Assembly: GCA_033723415.1 (NCBI GenBank)
Contig: JAWVXD010000001.1
Coordinates: 256,001 to 320,000 of the forward strand
DNA: 64,000 bases
Reading direction: 5' to 3'
Origin: Sulfurospirillaceae bacterium
GTDB lineage: Bacteria; Campylobacterota; Campylobacteria; Campylobacterales; Sulfurospirillaceae
Both the position numbers and the translations under genes were made by a program. This document shows, in pieces, positions 44,268 to 51,198 of the stretch. Within the stretch, counting starts at the first letter, position 1. The number at the start of each line of letters is the position of its first letter. The notes under the pieces were generated by a model. That model was given only the letters and a program-made list of their open reading frames with translations, made no database searches and was not told where the DNA came from.

Positions 44268-46367
44268 ATGAAATCAGACAGTTTATATATCTCTTCGTTA
44301 GAAAAATCAGCAGGAAGCTTGATCATAACGATGGGTATAATGGAGCTACTCAAGGGGAAATTAAACAGGGTAGCTTTTTTTCGTCCGGTGATCTTAGATA
44401 CAAGAGTTCCGGACAATGATATCTCATTTGTTCTAGAGAAATACTCGTTAGATATGAAGTACGAGGATACATACGGTTTTAGCGTACATGAGGTAGAAAG
44501 TCTACTGGCAGAAAATAAATTTTCCTTTTTTATAGAGTCATTGTTGGAAAAATATAAAAAACTAGAAAATGAGTATGACTTTGTCGTTGTTGAAGGATTG
44601 AACAGCTCTTCTTTCTCTCAAACGGTTGATTTTGACATCAACTTGGCAATAGCACAAAATCTCGGTATACCATACGTCAGTATTTTAAAAGGCAAAGATA
44701 AAAGCGCTGAAGAGATATTGGATGAGATAACTATAGAAAGAGAAGCAATTAAAACATCAGGATGTGCTCATGTAGCTACCTTTGTGAATAGATTAGATTC
44801 AAAGATCATAAACAGACTGAAGGGTGATCTGATTTCTTCAGGGATGCAAGACTCTCCCGTTTACTTTTTAGAAGAACTAAAAGAGCTAGATACTCCGACA
44901 GTTTATGAAATCAAAAAAACTCTCAACTGTATGCAAATACTAGGAGAAGAAAAAGATCTTAGAAGAGTTGTAAGACAAAGTAAGATAGCTGCTATGAAGC
45001 TTGAAAACTTTTTAGAATACATAGAAGATGGCGATATGATCATTGTCCCAGGAGATAGATCTGATATCATCATAGGATCACTTGCATCTGTTTTTTCACA
45101 AAACTTTCCAAATATCTCCGGTATATTATTGACAGGAGGACTTCTGCCTCATAAATCTATAAAAAAATTATTTGATGGTTTTGATCACTGCAGCATGCCG
45201 ATTTTGAGTGTCGAAGAAGATACTTATACAACTGCTATGAAAGTCAAAGAAGTAAAAGCAACGATAACTCCTACAAGTGAAAGAAAGATAGCCCTTGCCA
45301 TGGGTCTTTTCTCTTCCAATGTAGACATAGGCTACCTCGGAAATAAAATAGTCTCAGACATTAGAAATGAAACGATAACTCCGATCATGTTTGAATTTGG
45401 CTTATTTGAGCGGGCTAGGGCAAACAAAAAAAGAATCGTACTGCCTGAAAGTGAAGATAACAGGATTTTGCGAGCTACAGAGATACTGCTTAGACGTGAT
45501 GTTGCAGACATAATCTTACTAGGCGATGAAAAACATATCTTAGAAAAAGCCTCTAAACTAGGTATTGATATATCAAAAGCCATATTTGTGGATCCAAAAA
45601 AATCAAAATTGATGGACAAATACGCAAAACTATTTTATGAGCTAAGAAAGAACAAGGGTTTGACCGAAGATGTTGCCAGACAGTCGATGGAAATGGACAG
45701 CTATTTTGCTACTATGATGGTTCACTGCGGTGATGCAGACGGTATGGTCTCAGGTGCGATTCATACAACTCAAGAGACTATAAGACCTGCATTGCAGATC
45801 ATAAAGACCAAACCTAGTGTTTCCATAGTCTCAAGTATATTTTTTATGTGCCTAGATACAAAAGTTCTAGTATACGGTGATTGCGCCGTGAATCAAGATC
45901 CAAATGCAGAACAACTAGCAGAGATCGCGATCACATCATCTAAAACAGCTTCGATGTTTGGCATAGAGCCAAAAGTTGCCATGCTCTCATATTCGACAGG
46001 AGATTCGGGCAAAGGAGAAGAGGTTGAGAAAGTCAGAAATGCTACTAAAATCGTACATGACAGAGAGCCTGAACTGCTTGTAGAAGGACCTATCCAATAT
46101 GACGCAGCGATCGATGCCAGTGTTGCACAAACAAAACTTCCTAACAGTAAAGTCGCGGGTAAAGCAACGATCTTTATATTTCCTGATCTAAACACAGGAA
46201 ATAACACATACAAAGCAGTACAACGAAGTTCAGGTGCCGTGGCGATTGGACCTGTTTTACAAGGTCTCAATAAACCGGTAAATGATTTAAGTAGAGGATG
46301 TTTAGTAGCAGATATAGTAAATACTGTGGCGATTACCGCAATTCAAGCAGGAGAGAATGATAAATGA
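44268..46367 (+). CDS. pta: Phosphate acetyltransferase (long form, DRTGG domain)
   Basis: PGDRSD, GDCAVN, GNNTYKAVQR, PVNDLSRG. Confidence 0.97.
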   Translation: MKSDSLYISSLEKSAGSLIITMGIMELLKGKLNRVAFFRPVILDTRVPDNDISFVLEKYSLDMKYEDTYGFSVHEVESLLAENKFSFFIESLLEKYKKLENEYDFVVVEGLNSSSFSQTVDFDINLAIAQNLGIPYVSILKGKDKSAEEILDEITIEREAIKTSGCAHVATFVNRLDSKIINRLKGDLISSGMQDSPVYFLEELKELDTPTVYEIKKTLNCMQILGEEKDLRRVVRQSKIAAMKLENFLEYIEDGDMIIVPGDRSDIIIGSLASVFSQNFPNISGILLTGGLLPHKSIKKLFDGFDHCSMPILSVEEDTYTTAMKVKEVKATITPTSERKIALAMGLFSSNVDIGYLGNKIVSDIRNETITPIMFEFGLFERARANKKRIVLPESEDNRILRATEILLRRDVADIILLGDEKHILEKASKLGIDISKAIFVDPKKSKLMDKYAKLFYELRKNKGLTEDVARQSMEMDSYFATMMVHCGDADGMVSGAIHTTQETIRPALQIIKTKPSVSIVSSIFFMCLDTKVLVYGDCAVNQDPNAEQLAEIAITSSKTASMFGIEPKVAMLSYSTGDSGKGEEVEKVRNATKIVHDREPELLVEGPIQYDAAIDASVAQTKLPNSKVAGKATIFIFPDLNTGNNTYKAVQRSSGAVAIGPVLQGLNKPVNDLSRGCLVADIVNTVAITAIQAGENDK

Positions 46368-47560
46368 AGATATTAGTATTAAATAGCGGCAGTTCTTCTA
46401 TAAAATTTCAGCTTTTTGAGATGTTGCAAAACAAGTCTCTAGCTACAGGAATAGTAGAACAGATAGGTGAAAGCACAGCTCATGCAGAGATAAAATTTAA
46501 AGATCTATCGGGTAAAGATATAGAGATACAAGAAGATAGAGTTATCGCTAATCATAAAGAAGGACTTGATGTAGTCAACTCTCTTTTGATCATGACAGAA
46601 CTCATAGATAGCTTATCCAGCTTGGATGGAATAGGGCACAGAGTAGTTCACGGCGGAGTAAATCTATCGAAGCCTGTTATCATCGATGAGTATGTCATCA
46701 GTGAGATCAAGAGATTGATCCCTCTTGCACCGCTTCATAATCCGGCGCATTTGGACGGGATTATCAGCGCATTGGAGCATTGTCCCAAAGTCCCTCAAGT
46801 TGCTGTATTTGATACGGCATTTCATAGTACGATCCCTCAACATGCTTATATGTACGCGCTGCCTTATGAAGTATATATAGAAAATCGTGTCAGAAGATAT
46901 GGATTTCACGGTACTTCTCATCACTATGTTGCAAAAGAAGCGGCAAAGTTTCTAAATATTGATTATGATAAGCTCAATGCGATCACACTGCATCTAGGCA
47001 ACGGTGCGAGCATGAGTGCCATCAAAAACGGCAAAAGTGTCGATACTACTATGGGACTCACACCTCTTGAGGGCCTCATCATGGGAACAAGGTGCGGGGA
47101 TATCGATCCTGCGATCTTGCCGTATCTATCAAGGATGAAAGATATGAGCATTGGCGAACTAGATAATATGCTCAACAAAGAAAGCGGCTTAAAAGGCATC
47201 TGCGGCAACAATGACATGAGAACAGTCGGTGAGATGGCAGAATCAGGCGATGAGCGCGCAAAGCTAGCCTTAGATATGTTTAATTATCGTATCAAGAAAT
47301 ACATCGGCTCATATTCTGCCGTACTCGGTAGAGTAGATTGCTTGATATTTACAGGCGGTATCGGTGAAAACGACATAGATGTGCGAAAAAACAGCTGCTC
47401 TGATCTAGAAAATATGGGAATCTCCATAGATGAAACACTCAATAACCAAAGAGCAAAAAAAGCCATAGAAATAAGCGCAAAAGATAGCAAAGTCAAAGTC
47501 TTAGCAATCCCGACAAACGAAGAACTAGAAATCGCGCTGCAAGTAAAATCACTGATTTAA
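46364..47560 (+). CDS. ackA: Acetate kinase
   Basis: LNSGSSSIK, GHRVVHGG, APLHNP, FTGGIGEN, TNEE. Confidence 0.98.
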   Translation: MKILVLNSGSSSIKFQLFEMLQNKSLATGIVEQIGESTAHAEIKFKDLSGKDIEIQEDRVIANHKEGLDVVNSLLIMTELIDSLSSLDGIGHRVVHGGVNLSKPVIIDEYVISEIKRLIPLAPLHNPAHLDGIISALEHCPKVPQVAVFDTAFHSTIPQHAYMYALPYEVYIENRVRRYGFHGTSHHYVAKEAAKFLNIDYDKLNAITLHLGNGASMSAIKNGKSVDTTMGLTPLEGLIMGTRCGDIDPAILPYLSRMKDMSIGELDNMLNKESGLKGICGNNDMRTVGEMAESGDERAKLALDMFNYRIKKYIGSYSAVLGRVDCLIFTGGIGENDIDVRKNSCSDLENMGISIDETLNNQRAKKAIEISAKDSKVKVLAIPTNEELEIALQVKSLI

Positions 47561-47575
47561 ATATGAATTTTTCAA

Positions 47576-47603
47576 GATGGAAGAGGGTCACTCCTCTTTC
47601 ATC
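47576..47603 (+). terminator. Probable terminator after ackA, left boundary of cassette array
   Basis: GATGGAAGAGG/CCTCTTTCATC stem followed by T-rich tract. Confidence 0.6.
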
Positions 47604-47639
47604 CTTAGTATTTTTTATTTGGTTTATATTGTATTTTAG

Positions 47640-47736
47640 AGATAACGTTTGATTTAAATTAAATCAAATATTTTATCCTTAATCTATCTTATCTCGTTTT
47701 AGTTAAAACTACAAAATGCACTAGGGTGACTTATCT
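47640..47736 (-). repeat. Degenerate terminal attC
   Basis: Minus strand AGATAAG (expected AGATAAC) overlapping the ORF stop, then AAAC-GTTATCT as in other sites; inner arms eroded. Confidence 0.45.
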
Positions 47737-48279
47737 CTCTTCCAAGGATTTGTTGTCTTCTGGATATTTAAAATCTAAATATGTGAATCCAAACTTACTT
47801 TTTAATCCAAAAATATCTATTTTTTGTCCTTTGTGTAATTTTAAATGTCTATTGCCTTTAAAGACATATACCGTATTAAATGGCTGGTTATAGTTTTTAA
47901 TTCTGATCTCTTCCCAAGCACCTCGCCTCATGACATGTTCGGAGACAACTTTTGTAATTTGTGTTTTTAATATATAAGGTTTTTTATCTGAAAGCAAATG
48001 TAAAACGACTATTGTTTCCCTATTGAAAAATAAATACAAAATAAATATCCAAAACACAATACCTATGACTGTTTTATAAAGCTTACCCTTTTTATTTTTA
48101 TACATCAATATCGCGCCATATATGTAAAATAAAGAGACAAAAGCTATAAATACATACTGCCATAAAGTATCTGTATATACTTCTTCAATGATAATATGAG
48201 AAAAAAAGTCAACGAGCAGAGTTATGGCTATCAAAATATAAAATAACGCAAAAGCTGGTAGGAAAATATATTTTTTTAT
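47731..48279 (-). pseudogene. Cassette membrane protein, probable ATG>ATA start loss (may still initiate at TTG 48234)
   Basis: AAGGAA RBS then in-frame ATA-KKYIFLPAFALFY at 48279; three TM segments. Confidence 0.5.
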
Positions 48280-48295
48280 AATTTGTTCCTTTTAA

Positions 48296-48364
48296 AGATA
48301 ACGTTTAAAATGAGCCGATGAATTGCACGCAGGGCAATTTATTGGCTCCTCTGATTTGTTAACT
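48296..48364 (-). repeat. attC site (69 bp)
   Basis: AGTTAAC-AAATCAGAGGAGCCAATAAATTGC...GCAATTCATCGGCTCATTTTAAAC-GTTATCT; R'' overlaps AbiV stop. Confidence 0.9.
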
Positions 48365-49036
48365 TTTTGCATGATGTACTTTATTCCATTTTCTAGACTT
48401 CAAACTTGTTTTGTATGACCATGTAAAAAGTATTGGATAGTCATTTTCATTAATAATGCCATCCATTTCCCAAACACCCCAATATCCATCATTTTTTGTA
48501 ACCAAATCATGTACCTCAAGAAATTCATGATTTAAGAGAGAAATCATCTGTTTTGCATTTGCTAGTTTTATTTTTTTCGTAGGAATCGACACCCTACTTG
48601 AAGTGTCAATTTTTCTCTTTGAACGCTCAAGTCCCACATAAATTGCTTCTTGCTTTTGAATTTCTAGTTTTTTCTCTTCTACCTTAGATACGAATGCAGG
48701 AGCATAGTCAAATATTTCACTTGCAATAAATGCGAATTGCTTTTTCGGATGCAAATACAATAGTTTTAACCAGTTTTGTTCAAATGTTACATACTCCTCG
48801 TATTCTGCATCACCTTCTTTTGGGAACCCATTATTTGTAATTGTTGAATAGTAATAATGGTCTACCCATTTAGCTTTTGCAAATTCTTCTAAAGCCAATA
48901 CTGAAAGTTGAAAAGCTGATGGAAAAGATTCATTGTTGTAAAGTAGGATTGAATCTTCATGCAATCGTAATGCATTACGCAAGGATTCTTCTGCAATCTT
49001 TTTGAACTTGTATTGACTTAATCCCTTCAAATTCAT
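48359..49036 (-). CDS. AbiV-family (HEPN) abortive infection protein, cassette-borne
   Basis: NALRLHEDSILL....SAFQLSVLALEEFAK, H.KKQ, KQEAIYVG match AbiV pattern. Confidence 0.82.
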   Translation of the reverse strand: MNLKGLSQYKFKKIAEESLRNALRLHEDSILLYNNESFPSAFQLSVLALEEFAKAKWVDHYYYSTITNNGFPKEGDAEYEEYVTFEQNWLKLLYLHPKKQFAFIASEIFDYAPAFVSKVEEKKLEIQKQEAIYVGLERSKRKIDTSSRVSIPTKKIKLANAKQMISLLNHEFLEVHDLVTKNDGYWGVWEMDGIINENDYPILFTWSYKTSLKSRKWNKVHHAKS

Positions 49037-49052
49037 TACCTCTTTCTTGTAT

Positions 49053-49122
49053 AGTTAACGGTTGTCGTGAACAATAATTCTCCCGCTAGGGTAAATTATT
49101 GGTCTCCTCGTACTTGTTATAA
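49053..49122 (-). repeat. attC site (70 bp)
   Basis: TTATAAC-AAGTACGAGGAGACCAATAATT..CCC-TAGC-GGG..AATTATTGTTCACGACAACC-GTTAACT. Confidence 0.9.
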
Positions 49123-49677
49123 ACCTTTTAATTTATAAGCATAGTGACTATTTTTAAAAGTTTCATTTACTAAGCCTTTTCTTGGTGATGTTTCAATGTC
49201 TTTGGACTCTATATCAATGTTTTTAAATTTAATTTTTTCATTAGTTTCTACCATAGCTAAAAAATCTTCTTTTGAAGATGGTTTTAATATATCTATTAAT
49301 TCATCAATAAATTTTGATTGTGAAAATTTCTTATTGCTTTCAATACAAATTACTTCTTTTATTAAAATGCCACCAAAACTTGTTCCATTGCCAAAAGTAA
49401 AATCTAAACCTTTATGCTTATAGTTTGGATTTATGCTAATTTTATGAAGGTACCATACTGCATTCAGTAATTGCCTGTTTTTTGCACGTTTGTATTTTAA
49501 AGCATGACTGTTTTCATCTTGATGATTAGTATTATTATAATAGTAAAACTCAATATTTGAGATTCTATATTTTTTCGAATTTACTAATAAAATATGTTCA
49601 TTCAAAATTTCATTTGCAATTCTGTAGAAATCTTGTTCAATTGTTTTTATACTTGTATCATTTATTGTTAAGTCCAA
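49117..49677 (-). CDS. Hypothetical cassette protein, AAG/MPG DNA-glycosylase-like
   Basis: YRISNIEFY, D.NSH, GGILIK, SPRKGL align by eye with AAG motifs RIVETEAY, D.ASH, VLIRA, PRIGI; TTG start after AAGGAA. Confidence 0.55.
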   Translation of the reverse strand: MDLTINDTSIKTIEQDFYRIANEILNEHILLVNSKKYRISNIEFYYYNNTNHQDENSHALKYKRAKNRQLLNAVWYLHKISINPNYKHKGLDFTFGNGTSFGGILIKEVICIESNKKFSQSKFIDELIDILKPSSKEDFLAMVETNEKIKFKNIDIESKDIETSPRKGLVNETFKNSHYAYKLKGL

Positions 49678-49692
49678 GAAGTTCCTTTTTGT

Positions 49693-49776
49693 TTATAACG
49701 GGGGCGCGGGTGAGTGACTGCCGTTGGAAAATCTTTGGATTTTCCAACGGTTGATTGCTCCTCCCGCTTGTTATCT
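49693..49776 (-). repeat. attC site (84 bp) of gene-less cassette A
   Basis: AGATAAC...13-bp perfect central stem CCGTTGGAAAATC/GATTTTCCAACGG...GTTATAA. Confidence 0.88.
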
Positions 49777-49851
49777 GGTGCGAAGCTCCGGATGACTAGC
49801 GGGTGTTCAACCTGCGCCCCCGTTATCTCGGATGCGTAGCGTCCAAGATAA
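49699..49851 (-). other. Gene-less, highly structured integron cassette, copy A (153 bp)
   Basis: Starts GTTATCT, own R'' AGATAAC; no credible ORF; GC-rich nested inverted repeats; paralogous to 53510-53652. Confidence 0.85.
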
Positions 49852-49917
49852 CGTTTAAAATGAGCAATCAAAAAGCCGCTTGCGGGTTTTTGATTGGAGT
49901 GCAAGGTTTTGTTATGC
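49846..49917 (-). repeat. attC site (72 bp)
   Basis: GCATAAC...CAATCAAAAA.CCGC-AA-GCGG.TTTTTGATTG...GTTATCT; 20 bp at R' end identical to 48296-48315. Confidence 0.9.
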
Positions 49918-50679
49918 TTTTTTATTAAATAACAACTCAGTTTTTTTGGGGTCATAGCCACTACACTGGACACAATGTAAACAAAACAGAGGCGATTCAC
50001 CATATGTAAACTTGTTGAACTCAAAATCATTTTTCAAAGATTCTAGAATCAATTCTTTCGAATATGGAATCTTTGTTATTCTTGTATATACCATTTCTGG
50101 ATCTTTAACAACATCAAATGTGACTAAATCAATCTCATGAACTATTTTGGTTGCAACAACATTGTTATATTTTTCATTTTCTATATGGTCACATTCTTCA
50201 AAATTGCGTAAACATATGTTACATGTTCCATCAATACTGTTACAAGTAACTTCATTGTAGATATTGTTTGTGATATGCTCACATTCCAAAGGTTCTTTAC
50301 CACAGATTGAACATAAATATTTTTCAGTACCTCTCATACTGAAACCAAAATCATGATGTAAAAGTATATTTGGGCAGTCAGAGTAGTAGTTTTCACCATC
50401 AAATTTACATTGGCATTCATATTTTTCACATAATATTTCTCCAATTTTATGCATTTTTTTCGATATTTCTACTCTTTTGTCTCTATAAAACCAAAAACAA
50501 TTTAGATACTCTTTTAAAACGGATTGCAAATCTTTTTTAACATCATCACTTTTTTTGTTATTAATTTTTTCAATTAGGGCATTTACCTTTATTGAGCTAT
50601 CTTGCGCGACTTTTGGTGGGCTGTCACTATTTATTATCATCATGATTGCTTCAAATGCTGGCTGTTCTGATTTATGCAT
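49912..50679 (-). CDS. Cys/His-rich hypothetical protein, tandem CxxC-x6-CxH modules; possible prohead-protease-like domain
   Basis: CSICGKEPLECEH...Y and CNICLRNFEECDH...Y, C-terminal CLHCVQC; second gene of a two-gene cassette. Confidence 0.6.
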   Translation of the reverse strand: MHKSEQPAFEAIMMIINSDSPPKVAQDSSIKVNALIEKINNKKSDDVKKDLQSVLKEYLNCFWFYRDKRVEISKKMHKIGEILCEKYECQCKFDGENYYSDCPNILLHHDFGFSMRGTEKYLCSICGKEPLECEHITNNIYNEVTCNSIDGTCNICLRNFEECDHIENEKYNNVVATKIVHEIDLVTFDVVKDPEMVYTRITKIPYSKELILESLKNDFEFNKFTYGESPLFCLHCVQCSGYDPKKTELLFNKKA

Positions 50680-51113
50680 TAGAAATCTTTTAGTGAGTCA
50701 AGTATAGTTTTAATCTCATTTTTATCACCTTCAATTTCTATTTCCACATATTTCCCATCTTTCTTTTTTTTTGTAAATCTTAATTTAATTATTGATTGAG
50801 TGTCAAAATTGTTTTTTATCCAATCATAAATAAAGCTCGACAATATTGAAAATGGAATACCAATGATTAAAGGTAAGATGACAGTTGCGTCTCTTAGAGA
50901 TAAATATTCATAACTTTCTCTCTTTACAACTATATTATTGACTTGATTTTGTTTTAGAACTTTATGTATATCAGGTGTGTACTCGTTGAGAATATCACTG
51001 CTTTCTGAGTATCCTTCTGGCATGATAAAAATTCCATTTTCTGTAAACTGAATATTTCTTTTCTTTAAAGTTTCAGCCACTTCATTAATATCAATGGTTA
51101 TTTCTTTAATCAT
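50679..51113 (-). CDS. Hypothetical protein with one hydrophobic helix
   Basis: RBS AAGGAG/AAGGA, VILPLIIGIPFSILSSFIYDW segment; TAATG coupling to downstream gene. Confidence 0.75.
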   Translation of the reverse strand: MIKEITIDINEVAETLKKRNIQFTENGIFIMPEGYSESSDILNEYTPDIHKVLKQNQVNNIVVKRESYEYLSLRDATVILPLIIGIPFSILSSFIYDWIKNNFDTQSIIKLRFTKKKKDGKYVEIEIEGDKNEIKTILDSLKDF

Positions 51114-51140
51114 TTCCTTGCTCCTTTATTTCAACTCTTA

Positions 51141-51197
51141 GCATAACGGTTGACTTCACCAACAGGATTACCTGTTTGGTGCTAGGATTTGTTAGCT
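51141..51197 (-). repeat. attC site (57 bp)
   Basis: AGCTAAC-AAATCCTAG-CACCAAACAGG-TAAT-CCTGTTGGTG-AAGTCAACC-GTTATGC. Confidence 0.9.
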
Positions 51198-51198
51198 T

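Noticed and set aside
49668..50030. 120-aa ORF running through gene-less cassette A
   Set aside because: Starts out of frame inside another gene and crosses two attC sites; the equivalent frame in copy B hits a TAG
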